Source of the DNA: an uncultured Chloroflexia bacterium
Lineage (GTDB): Bacteria; Chloroflexota; Anaerolineae; B4-G1; SLSP01
Assembly (NCBI GenBank): GCA_963751345.1
Contig: CAVVUS010000015.1
Coordinates: 1-26,814, forward strand
Direction of reading: 5' to 3'
DNA: 26,814 bases
Position 1 is the first letter of the stretch, and the number at the start of each line of letters is the position of its first letter. The position numbers and the translations under genes are program-made. Of the stretch, positions 8,333 through 17,676 are shown piece after piece. Under the pieces are notes generated by a model. It was not told the DNA's origin, made no database searches, and saw only the letters and a list, made by a program, of their open reading frames with translations.

Positions 8333-8941
8333 ATGGATAACGTATTCGAGCTAGCCCAGGTCGGCCGCTTGGCACCGGGTTTCGAGGTACAAGCGCTGGT
8401 CGACGGCAAAATCACGGATATCGCGCTTTCGGAGTACGCCGGAAAGTGGGTCGTGCTCTTCTTCTACCCCGGCGATTTCACCTTCGTCTGTCCGACCGAG
8501 TTGGTCATGGTCGCCAGCCGCTACGATGAGTTTCGCGCCCTGGGGGTTGAGGTCCTGGCGTTGAGCGTCGACTCGCCCCACGTGCACAAAGCATGGCAGG
8601 AGCACGAGCTTTCGAAGATGGTGGACGGCGGGGTCCCCTACCCCATGCTCAGCGACCGCGGCGGTCGCGTCGGCGAGAAATACCTGGTGTACGACGCCGA
8701 GGAGGGCGTCGACATCCGCGGATTCTTCGTCGTCGATCCGGACGGCGTGCTCCAGGTCGCGGAAGTGCTGAATTCCTCGATGGGGCGCGATGTGGACGAG
8801 ATGCTGAGGCTGCTTCAGGGCGCCCAGTACGTCTACGCGCGCCGCGATGAGGCCCTGCCCGCATGTTGGCAGCCGGGCGACCAGACCCTGAAAAAGGGGG
8901 AAGCCCTGGTGGGCAAAGTCTGGACCACCTGGGTGAAGTAG
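8333..8941 (+). CDS. ahpC: Peroxiredoxin, AhpC/Prx1 family (PrxU-like, Cys form)
   Basis: GGAGG RBS. Motifs GKWVVLFFYPGDFTFVCPTE, SVDS..VHKAW, YPMLSD, RG.FVVDPDG and WQPG. Confidence 0.9.
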   Translation: MDNVFELAQVGRLAPGFEVQALVDGKITDIALSEYAGKWVVLFFYPGDFTFVCPTELVMVASRYDEFRALGVEVLALSVDSPHVHKAWQEHELSKMVDGGVPYPMLSDRGGRVGEKYLVYDAEEGVDIRGFFVVDPDGVLQVAEVLNSSMGRDVDEMLRLLQGAQYVYARRDEALPACWQPGDQTLKKGEALVGKVWTTWVK

Positions 8942-8972
8942 TCGCCCTGCACCGAAGGAAAAACCACCGGAG

Positions 8973-9010
8973 ATCCTGTCCTGCCACAGGATGATGTGGC
9001 AGGACAGGAT
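8973..9010 (+). terminator. 16-bp perfect hairpin between the peroxiredoxin and mutM
   Basis: ATCCTGTCCTGCCACA-GGATGA-TGTGGCAGGACAGGAT. No U-tract; ends 15 nt before the mutM ATG. Confidence 0.55.
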
Positions 9011-9025
9011 GGCCGCCACTGCATT

Positions 9026-9875
9026 ATGCCCGAACTGCCCGAAGTAGAGACCATCGCACGGCGGCTGCGCCCTGTCCTGACCGACCACACCGTGGAAGAC
9101 GTCGATGTCCTCTGGTCGCGAACCATCGACCGCCCGTCCCTGGACGCATTCCTGGTCCAACTGCGAGGGGCCCGATTCACCGGAATCCACCGGCGTGGCA
9201 AATACATCGTGATGGACCTGGACCGGCCCTGGACGCTGCTCGTCCACTTGAGAATGAGCGGAAAGTTCGCCGTGCACGCGCCCGACGAAGGGACCCGGCG
9301 ACGATAAGCATACCCGGGTCGTCATGCGTCTGGACGACGGGACCTGGGTCGCGTACGTCGATCAGCGTAAGTTCGGACGGTTCTACCTCGTCAAGAATAG
9401 TGATGAAATCGTAGATAGATTGGGTCTGGAGCCACTCTCACCGGAGTTCAGCGTGGGGTGGCTGCAGAGGGCGCTGTCGGGGCGTCGAGGTGAGATCAAG
9501 CGGCTGCTGCTGGATCAGCGGTTTCTCGCCGGATTGGGCAATATCTACGTCAGCGAAAGCCTCTGGCTGGCCAGGATTCATCCGGCCCGCGTGGCCGGCT
9601 CGTTGACGGCGGAGGAATGCCGCCGGCTGCACGGCGCCATCATCGAGGTGCTGCAGCAGAGCATCGGCAATGGGGGCACCAGTCTGGAGGATCGACAGTA
9701 CGTCTATCCGGACGGTGAGATCGGGAACCACCAGGTGCATCTCAAGGTCTACGATCGAGCAGATGACGCGTGCCCTCGCTGCGGGTATGCGCTGGAGCGG
9801 TTCGTACAGGGGCAGCGAAGTACTTATTTCTGTCCGGTCTGCCAGCCCCTCGACCCTCAAGCAGCATCAGGTTGA
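9026..9875 (+). CDS. mutM: Formamidopyrimidine-DNA glycosylase (Fpg), one apparent +1 frameshift at ~9290
   Basis: MPELPEVET, RRGKY and HLRMSG in the first frame. DQRKFG, LLDQ..LAGLGNIY and the CPRC...CPVCQ zinc finger in the second. Removing one G in GAAGGGA rejoins them. Confidence 0.92.
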
Positions 9876-9932
9876 GGCGGTCCGGGCGTGAGGCTAGTTC
9901 TTCGTACCTGAATCATATATAAGGAGAATACT

Positions 9933-10148
9933 GTGGAGACCAAAACGTTGAAGATCAGCGGCATGACATGCCAAATGTGTGTGAAACACGTCACTCGGGC
10001 GCTCGAGGGCGTCGATGGCGTGAGCGCGGTCAAGGTCGAACTCGAGCCCGGCACCGCTGTCGTGACCTATGATCCGGCAAGCGCGGGCATGCAGGCATTT
10101 CAGAACGCCGTCGACGAGGCCGGATACCAGGTCGTCGGCGAGGCGTAG
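9933..10148 (+). CDS. copZ: Heavy-metal-associated (HMA) copper chaperone
   Basis: 71 aa, GMTCxxC motif, GVxxVxVxL, C-terminal AGY; AAGGAG RBS. Confidence 0.88.
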   Translation: METKTLKISGMTCQMCVKHVTRALEGVDGVSAVKVELEPGTAVVTYDPASAGMQAFQNAVDEAGYQVVGEA

Positions 10149-10165
10149 GAACGTAGTAACGACAA

Positions 10166-10224
10166 AACCTTGCGAAGATGACTTGGATTAACCTTGCGAA
10201 GGTTTCGGAAACCTTCGCAAGGTT
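10166..10224. repeat. REP-like nested palindrome between convergent genes (possible bidirectional terminator)
   Basis: AACCTTGCGAAGGTTT (10190-10205)-CGG-AAACCTTCGCAAGGTT (10209-10224) is a perfect 16-bp IR with self-palindromic arms. Partial third copy AACCTTGCGAAG at 10166-10177. Confidence 0.75.
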
Positions 10225-10244
10225 CGGAATAAGCCAAGACGCGA

Positions 10245-11396
10245 CTATAGCTCGCAGAGCAAGGCTGCCAGCAGCGCGGCGCGCTCGGGCAGCGAACTGA
10301 CCTCGACGTACTCGTGTTCCGCGTGCCCGCCGTCCCCCACAACGCCCAGACCATCAAGCGTGGGCACACCAAGTGCCGACGTGAAGTTGCCGTCGCTCGC
10401 CCCACCCGTCGAGCCTTCCTTGAGATCCATCCCCATCGCCTGTCCAAGACGCCGGGCGGTCTCAAACATGTGTACCGTTCCCTCCGTCCGCTCCATCGGG
10501 AATCGATCGAATCCACCGGTGACCGACAGCGTCGTGCGCGGATCGACGGGCTGCAGCGAACAAATGTCGCGTTCGAGCTTCTCGGCTGCCTCGCGGGTCC
10601 AGGCGCGCACATCCACCTCGGCCCGAGCTTCGGCGGCGACGACGTTCGGTCTCGTTCCCCCCTCGACGACGCCAACGTTGACCGTCGTCCCGGCATCGTA
10701 GTCGGTCATCGCATGAAGCTTCAGGATCTGGTGTGCCATCTCCTCGATCGCGCTGATACCCTCTCGGGGCGCGGCGCCCGCGTGTGAGGCAAGTCCGGCG
10801 ACCTTGATCTCGAAAGAGCCGACCCCCTTGCGGGCCGTCTTGATCAGCCCACCCGGGATCGCGGGTTCGAGAACCAATGCGTAGGCCGCCTTCTTTGCCT
10901 CTGCCTCGATCAGCAGGCGCGAGGTCTCGCTGCCGGTCTCCTCGTCGGAGTTGAACAGCAGCACTACGGGCCTCGGGAGCGGCAGATTCAGCGTAGCGAT
11001 GGCGCGAAGCGCGTACTCCGCGATCACCAGCCCACCCTTCATGTCAAAACACCCCGGGCCCATCGCGCGACCGTCCGCCACACTGAACGGACGACGGGCG
11101 AGCGTTCCGACGGACCATACGGTGTCAAAGTGGCCAATGAGGAGTGCCGGGGGTTCGGAGGCGCCCCCGGAGGTCGACGCAGGGAGCGTCACCCGTACGT
11201 GGTGTGCTCCATCGGCGACCTCGAGGACCTCCGTCTCCGCCCCAAGCCCTCGCCACAGATCGGAAAGGTACGCGGCGAGGGCATATAGACTGTCCTTGTC
11301 GGTACTCGGTGATTCTTGGTTGACCAGCGTCTCAAGCGACGCCAGCATATCGCCCTGTTGGGTCTCCAGATAAGTCCTCAGCGCAGCGTAATCCAT
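10245..11396 (-). CDS. M20 family metallopeptidase (glutamate carboxypeptidase/CPG2-like)
   Basis: Zinc-binding motifs GHFDTVW, GPGCFDMKGG, DEETGS, LEP, GGASDGN and GGHA; dimerisation domain with ARKG and SHAG. Confidence 0.88.
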   Translation of the reverse strand: MDYAALRTYLETQQGDMLASLETLVNQESPSTDKDSLYALAAYLSDLWRGLGAETEVLEVADGAHHVRVTLPASTSGGASEPPALLIGHFDTVWSVGTLARRPFSVADGRAMGPGCFDMKGGLVIAEYALRAIATLNLPLPRPVVLLFNSDEETGSETSRLLIEAEAKKAAYALVLEPAIPGGLIKTARKGVGSFEIKVAGLASHAGAAPREGISAIEEMAHQILKLHAMTDYDAGTTVNVGVVEGGTRPNVVAAEARAEVDVRAWTREAAEKLERDICSLQPVDPRTTLSVTGGFDRFPMERTEGTVHMFETARRLGQAMGMDLKEGSTGGASDGNFTSALGVPTLDGLGVVGDGGHAEHEYVEVSSLPERAALLAALLCEL

Positions 11397-11402
11397 AGGA
11401 TA

Positions 11403-12297
11403 TCACCTCGTGGTTGATGTCGCAGCCAAGGATAGCAGATCGAGGTCTTCCCGCAACTGCATCCCCGCCGCGCCCAACCGCGCCGCGATCTCGGCGAGCG
11501 TCTCGCCGGTCTCCGGATGGACGTAGTAGGGAGCCAGATCGGCCACAGGGACGGCCACATGAGCATATCTCTGGAGATCGGGATCCGGGACGTGGCGGAG
11601 GCCCATTTCAAACACGTCATAATTGAAGAGCGCGATATCAAGATCGATGGTCCGGGGCGCGTTCTTATCTGAGGTTCGAACGCGCCCCAGCATTTGCTCG
11701 ATCTCTGACAGGACGTTGCCCTTGAGGTCACGTGGCGACAGGTACGTCATCAGGAGAACCGCCGCGTTGAGGAACTTCGCCTGACCGACGCTGCCCACCG
11801 GGGCAGTTTCATAGACCGGCGAGGTGCGAACGACCGTCACATCATCGTGCTCGCGAAGCAGTGCGACAGCGGCCCTCAGGTTTTCCTCCGGATCGATATT
11901 CGATCCCAGCGCGACGAACGCGCGGTTGGGCTCATGGGCGAGATCGGTCCGCGTACGGACGATTTCGATCCCCACCGATCGGGCGAACCGCAGCGCGCCG
12001 GGCTTCTCCAGGACCACCCGCGCGGCCTCCACGCGGGTGTCAGCCAAACAGATCGCGGCGATCTCCGCCGCCAAGCGTTCCACCAGGTAGAAGCTTGACG
12101 CTTCGACCATACGGATGACGCGCTTGGTGATCGTACGGTAGTTGACGGCATCGGCAATCTGATCGCGATCGGCCCGCGGCCCGCGTGTCCGCCGTCAGCG
12201 TGAGGTTGATCAGGACGTCCTGGCGGTTCTCGCGCTCCTCCTCATTGATGCCCACGATCGTGCGCAGGAGGAGGTCTTTGACGTGAATCTGATCCAT
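11403..12297 (-). CDS. folK: Fusion of dihydroneopterin aldolase/epimerase (FolB/FolX-like) and HPPK (FolK), one apparent frameshift at ~12165
   Basis: ATG 12297 gives MDQIHVKDLLLRTIVGINEEER..RQD, which continues after the shift with NYRTITK...LVERLA...KPGA. In the same frame follow ALGSNI, SPVYET.PVG, FLNAA and GRVR..KNAPRTIDLDI. Confidence 0.87.
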
Positions 12298-12301
12298 GGC
12301 T

Positions 12302-13033
12302 CTACAGGTGCTCCCCACCGGTCACGTAGATCAAGTCGCCGGTGACGAAGTCGGCGCCAACCAGATAGAGCACAGCCCTGACGACGTCGTCGGGCGACCC
12401 AAAGCGTTTTGCGGGTATGCCCTCTGCTTTGCGCTCCAGGAAAGCCTCGTCGAGGCCGGGCGGGGGTAGGATCATCCCCGGTGCAATCGCGTTTACCTGC
12501 ACATCCGGCGCCAGGGCAAGCGCCAGGCTCTTGGTCATGGCGATAAGGCCGGCCTTTGTCAGTGTGTAGGCAAAGTGATCCGTCCCCGGGCGGACACCCC
12601 GCCAGTCCGCGATGTTGACGATATGTCCCCGGCGCGACGAATCCTTGAGGTAACGGCCAAACGCCTGGCTGAGGAAGAAGGGCGCCTTCAGGTTGATCGC
12701 GAAGTGACGATCCCAGTTCTCCTCCGAGGTGTCGTCCCAGCGCCCTCGCTCGAAGATCGCGGCGCTGTTCACCAGGATGTCCAATCTTCCGAACGCCCCG
12801 ACCACCTTTTGAATAAGGTCCGCCGGCCCTGCCGCCCCTGTGAAATCGGCCTTGAGAGCCAGCGCCCGCCGGCCCATCGCCTCGATCTCCGAGACCACTC
12901 CCTCGGCAGGGCCTGCCGAGCTGTTGTAGGTGAGCGCCACATCGGCCCCGTGCTCGGCCAAGCCCAGGGCTATGGCCTTCCCAACGCGAACCGCCCCACC
13001 CGTGACGAGAGCAACCCTCCCTGTGAGACTCAC
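12302..13033 (-). CDS. SDR oxidoreductase, pteridine reductase (PTR1/FolM-like)
   Basis: TGGAVRVG (Arg-containing PTR-type Rossmann motif), LVNSA, NIAD (Asp in place of Ser), YxxxK (YTLTK), VNAIAPG. Lies between folE and folB-K. Confidence 0.85.
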   Translation of the reverse strand: MSLTGRVALVTGGAVRVGKAIALGLAEHGADVALTYNSSAGPAEGVVSEIEAMGRRALALKADFTGAAGPADLIQKVVGAFGRLDILVNSAAIFERGRWDDTSEENWDRHFAINLKAPFFLSQAFGRYLKDSSRRGHIVNIADWRGVRPGTDHFAYTLTKAGLIAMTKSLALALAPDVQVNAIAPGMILPPPGLDEAFLERKAEGIPAKRFGSPDDVVRAVLYLVGADFVTGDLIYVTGGEHL

Positions 13034-13044
13034 AGTGTCCCCTC

Positions 13045-13692
13045 CTAGAAACCGACTCCGCCCTGTCTTATGTGCTCGAAGAACTCCGACCGCGCGTTCT
13101 GGTCATCCTTGAACACTCCCAACATCGCACTCGTCGTCATCCGGGCATTGGCCTTCTTGACGCCGCGCATGGCGGCACACATATGCATCCCCTGCACCAC
13201 CACCGCCACCCCCTTGGGGTGAAGCGTCTCGTCCAGGAAATCCGCGATTTGCTGGGTCATCCGCTCCTGCACCTGCAGCCGGCGCGCAAACATCTCCACG
13301 ATGCGCGGGATCTTGCTCAGCCCGATGACCTTCCCGTCAGGGATGTACGCCACGTGCGCCTGGCCGAGAAAGGGCAGGATATGGTGCTCGCACATACTGT
13401 AGTAGTCGATGTCGCGCACGACCACCATCTCGTTGTATTCCACGTCGAAAAGCGCGCCGTTGATCAAGCGCTCGGGATCCACGTGATAGCCCGCGGTCAG
13501 CTCCGTGAACATTCTGGAGACACGCCCCGGGGTATTGAGGAGCCCCTCCCGCTCGGGATCTTCACCGATGGCCTCAAGGATCATCCCCACGGCGCACTCG
13601 ATCTCATCACTGCACTCTTCCTGCCGAATATCCAGCAGATCATTCCGGAAAACGTCATAGTAGCCTGGGCTGATCGCCTGCTGTTTTTCCAT
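13045..13692 (-). CDS. folE: GTP cyclohydrolase I
   Basis: ATG 13692 with GGAGG RBS. Motifs [16 protein letters not shown], [25 protein letters not shown] and HMC..MRGV. Confidence 0.96.
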   Translation of the reverse strand: MEKQQAISPGYYDVFRNDLLDIRQEECSDEIECAVGMILEAIGEDPEREGLLNTPGRVSRMFTELTAGYHVDPERLINGALFDVEYNEMVVVRDIDYYSMCEHHILPFLGQAHVAYIPDGKVIGLSKIPRIVEMFARRLQVQERMTQQIADFLDETLHPKGVAVVVQGMHMCAAMRGVKKANARMTTSAMLGVFKDDQNARSEFFEHIRQGGVGF

Positions 13693-13744
13693 CCTAACCT
13701 CCACTACGGTCTTGGACCGTATGACTCGTGTCTAAGTTGACTCC

Positions 13745-13773
13745 AGTATAGCACATCGAAGATATATTGTCAA
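13745..13773 (-). promoter_or_regulatory. Near-consensus sigma70 promoter of the fol operon
   Basis: Minus strand TTGACA (13773-13768)-N17-TATACT (13750-13745) with extended TG, within an AT-rich island. Confidence 0.75.
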
Positions 13774-13895
13774 TATTGTGAATATATATTGTATAATCAG
13801 TCGCTCACCATAGTGGCGAGAACACGCTCGCACCATTTAGACTGTCGAAGAGCCCGCCCTCTTACGCAACATCGGCGCTTTCGGACGGGACGCTC

Positions 13896-15247
13896 CTATT
13901 CCACGGCCACGCTCCCCTGTCCGGCCTCCTGCCAGCGTGCCTCGCCGCGGGTCACTCGCTGCATCGTCAGTGCGGCGAGAAAGAAGAAGATCACAGGCAT
14001 GAGAAGCACCAGTCCATAGTTGCCCGATCGCTCGATGACGAACCCATTGAGCACAGGTCCGGCAATGGCGGCCAACTGCGACGCCAGATAGTAGAAGCCG
14101 GTGTAGGTTCCCACGTCGGCATCACTATCCGAGGTGTCCACCACCATCGGCAGCGAGTTGATGTTCACCAGCGCCCAGGCGCACCCACCGAGAGCGAGCG
14201 CCCCGCCGATCACGTAGATGCTGGGTACGAAGTAGCCGATCAGGAGCAGGACGGCGAAGATGACAAGGCCGAACGTAATCGTCCTCCTCCTGCCCACCCG
14301 CACAGCGATGAAGCCGCTCGGGACCGCGAAGGCGATGAAGGTGATGTAGGAAATGCTGGAGAGGAGCGACGCTTGGTTCTCCTTGATGCCCAGGACGTTC
14401 ACGCCATACGACGTGAAAAACGTCTCGATCGCATTATATCCCACAAACCAGAGGAAAATCGACAACATCAGCAGGAGGAGACTACGTCGGGCCCCTGGCG
14501 AGATGCGGCGCAGACCGCGCAGAGCCTGCAGCTGTACCTCCTCGCGCTCGTCGGGCGCGTAGATGACCTGGCGCTGCTCGTGCACAAAGAAGACCAACAT
14601 CAGCACGGCCGCCGCCATCAGCACGCCCGCCACGATAAAGGGCAGGGCTATGTCAATGCCATAGAGCCAGGCGCCCACCAGCGTGATCACGACGCCGCCC
14701 AGCCCGCCCATCAGATTGATCACGCCGTTGGCCTCACTCCGCAACGGCGAGGGGGTCAGGTCGGGCATCAGCGCGATGACCGGGGTGCGGAATCCGGCCA
14801 TCGCCAGCAGAAAGATGCCGACGGCGAGGAGGAACAGGGCCATAGTACCACCCAAGCACCGGCGTCTCCCCACTCAGCACGGGCGGAATCCCCTTGACCA
14901 CGAGGGGGATGACGACGAACGCGGCGATGGAAATCGGCGCCAGTGCCATGATGAAAGGCTTCCTGCGCCCGAACCGCGTCCACACGCGATCGCTCCACAC
15001 GCCGATCAGGGGGAGCAGAAAGAGACCGGCGATGTTGTCGAGCGTCATCAGGAAGCCGGTGAGTGCGGCGCCCAAGCCCGAACCCCGAGGCTTTGGTGCT
15101 CGTCTGGAAGGCCGGGTTGCCGGCTTGCAGGAAGATCGGCACGTAGTCATTGTACAGTTTCCACATCACACTGATGCCGAAAAAGCCAAAGCCAATCAGA
15201 AATGTCTTGCGGTAGTCGAGTTTTGGGCGGGATTCCTGGCCTTCCAT
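13896..15247 (-). CDS. MFS transporter (SLC45/GPH sucrose-maltose type), two apparent frameshifts (~15075, ~14865)
   Basis: Three overlapping frames give TFLIGFGFFG..., PLIGVWSDR..TRFGRRKPFI and ALMPDLTP..LRSEANG, with about 12 hydrophobic segments and GxYTGFYY. Confidence 0.85.
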
Positions 15248-15283
15248 GCTGGGATGACTTCCTTTCTGTGAGCTTGTACAACC

Positions 15284-15408
15284 CTAGTGCGGAATCAGTA
15301 GAGCTGTTCGGGAAAGGATTTTGACCTCGTTCCAGGCGGATCTGTGATCCGCCTGGAACGTATGCCTTGGGAACCTGTTACCGAAAAGCTGCTATGCAAC
15401 TGCACTAG
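15284..15408. mobile_element. MITE-like nested inverted-repeat element bounded by CTAG
   Basis: Outer CTAGTGC (15284-15290)/GCACTAG (15402-15408). Middle AGCTGTTCGG (15302-15311)/CCGAAAAGCT (15381-15390). Inner perfect 15-bp stem 15328-15342/15346-15360. Confidence 0.5.
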
Positions 15409-16186
15409 TCCGACTCTGATGAGGCGAACCCGGGGATGTGAAAACCGCATGCGGCGAACTGCGCCAATAGGTCATCCGGCGACGACTCCCACTGGCCCGT
15501 CTTGCGCGAGATGTGCTCGGTCCAACTGTAGGTCTCGTAGGTGAAGGTCTCCTCGCGGTCGCCCTCCAGGCGGATCATGGCCCGGTGCCGGCGATAATAG
15601 TCCTGGGCGAGGTACCCCTCATCCATTGCGGCCGCCGCCCGCTCGATCTGCTCCTCGCTGAACCGCGGGTACTCGTCCTCAAAGAGTGTGAAGTCGAGGG
15701 GATAGCGCGGGCGCGGCGGCGGGTTCTCACCGGGATACCCCATCGTCAGCCCCACGAGCGGAAAGACCCGTCTCGGGAGCTTGTATTGCTCGACGATACG
15801 GTCGGCGTGATAGGGGATGCCGCCCAGGAAGCAGCTACCGAGGCCCAGACTCTCCGCGGCGATGACCAGGCTTCGGCCATCAGCGTCGCGTCCTGGATGC
15901 CAAAGAGAAGCAGCGAAAGATCGTTCTGGACCATCTGCCAGCCGCGCTTGGCCATGATCGCCTCGTGACGGTGGGAATCGACGCAGACGATGAAGAAGAG
16001 CGGCGCCCCGAACGGGTTGTGCGCCCGATCGCGCGAGAGCAGAAGGCTGCCCATCTGGTAGGCAAAGGGCGCCTGTTGCCCTGCACGGACGATCGTCTCG
16101 ACGACCTCGTCCGCCGGCACCTGGTCGGTATAGATGCGAATGGATGCGCGATTCATCATGGTCTCGATGACCGGATTGTTCAACAT
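15405..16186 (-). CDS. Nitroreductase (NfsA/NfrA-like), one apparent -1 frameshift at ~15873
   Basis: ATG 16186 after GAAGGAG. NRASIRIYTD and AGQQAP; after the shift AAESLGLGSCFLGGI and FPLVGLTMGYP...PRPR. Confidence 0.85.
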
Positions 16187-16336
16187 GCTCACTCCTTCAT
16201 CTTCGTGATCAATGCACATAGACTAGACCAAAGGGCACGTTTCGCCAAGTTCAGAATCGTCCGGGTTGTGCAAATCCAAGGATCTGCGACACTAGGGCGA
16301 ACCGCTCACAGCGCTCGCACGACGGCAGGAGGCGCG

Positions 16337-17665
16337 ATGACATCCCAGACCGAGGGCAGGACATACCATCTCCCGTGGGGACGAGAGCAAATTGACGTCT
16401 CGTTGCCGGCGGCGTGGCAGGTTGCCGGTGTCCTGGAGCCCGCTCCGACGCCCGGCGTTGCGGACACCCGGGCAGAGGTGGAGCGAGGGCTGGGCGCGCC
16501 CGTGGGCTCTCGCAGGCTGAGCGATCTGGCGAAAGCGGCCCACCGGGTGGCGATCGTGATCGACGACGATAGCCGCCCGACGCCGGTGCACCTCCTGCTC
16601 CCCGCCGTCGTGGCCGAGCTGGAGGCGGCAGGCGTGGCGCGCGAGGCATGACGGTGGTGACGGCGCTGGGCGTGCACCACCCGATGAGCGAGGCCGAGGT
16701 CGTTCGAGGGCCGGGCGACCTGGTGACCCAGGGGCTCCGCTGGGAAAACCACGACTGCTACACCGCCGATGGCCTCGTCCATCTTGGGACGACGCGGTGG
16801 GGGACCGAGGTGTGGATCAACCGGACCGTGGCGGAGGCCGATCTGGTCGTCTCGATCGGCTGCATCGAGCCACACCTGATCGCCAGCTTCGGCGGGGGGT
16901 ACAAGAACCTGATCCCCGGCGTGGCAGGGCGGGAGACGATGGGGCACAACCACGCGCTGAATGCCAGTCCCGGGACCTTCAACATGGTCGGCCAGCCGAT
17001 CGCGGACAACCCGATGCGGCTCGATCTGGAGGAGGGGGCGCAAATGCTCAAGCCGCCGGTCTTCCTGGTCAACGCGGTGCTCAATAGCGCGCTGGACGTG
17101 GTCCGTGTGGTGACCGGCGATCCCGTCGCGGCCCACCGCGAGGGCACGCGCGTCAGCGCCGAGATCTACGGCAGCCGCTTCGACCAACCGGCCGACGTCG
17201 TCATCGCCTCGACGCACCCGATGGACCAGGATCTGCGCCAGGGGAGCAAGGCGCTGGCCAACACGATCCGGGCGGTACGCCGCGGCGGGGTCCAGATCAT
17301 CCTGATGCGCGCGGAGGAGGGGTTGGGCGTCTTCGGCCTCGCCCAGCGGAGCCTGCCGCTCAAGCGGCGGGGGCTCAAGTTCCTCGCGCCGCTGCTGGTG
17401 CGCATCGTCCCCAGGATGAAGTCAGGGCAACATGCCCGACGATGAGCGCTTCTACCTCTACTTCGCGCTGCAGGCGATGCGCCACTGCACCACGCTGATC
17501 TACGCCCCGACGGTGCCGGAGGAGGCACGATCGGGGCTGCCCTTCGTCATCTTCGTGGACTCGGTCGAGGAGGCCATCGCCTACGCAGAGAAGCGGCATC
17601 CCCGCGCCCGCACACTGATCTTCCCCCACGGCGGGAGCACCTATCCGATCCTGAGCGGACGGTAG
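16337..17665 (+). CDS. larA: LarA-family nickel-pincer-dependent alpha-hydroxy-acid racemase/epimerase, apparent frameshifts at ~16648 and ~17430
   Basis: ATG 16337 after AGGAGG. Motifs IVIDDDSRPTP, ALGVH, NHDC, LGTT..GTEVWIN, IEPH..ASFGGGYKNLIPGVAG, HNH, QGSKAL and terminal IFPHGG.T.P. Confidence 0.85.
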
Positions 17666-17676
17666 TCGCTCCGCGG

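Noticed and set aside
8488-8494. Selenocysteine recoding in the peroxiredoxin
   Set aside because: The active-site codon is TGT and the ORF is uninterrupted.
9285-9310. Programmed frameshifting in mutM or other split genes
   Set aside because: No slippery heptamer or stimulatory structure; indels are scattered across unrelated genes.
10166-10224. CRISPR array
   Set aside because: Only 2-3 short, partly inverted units with no unique spacers of regular length and no cas genes.
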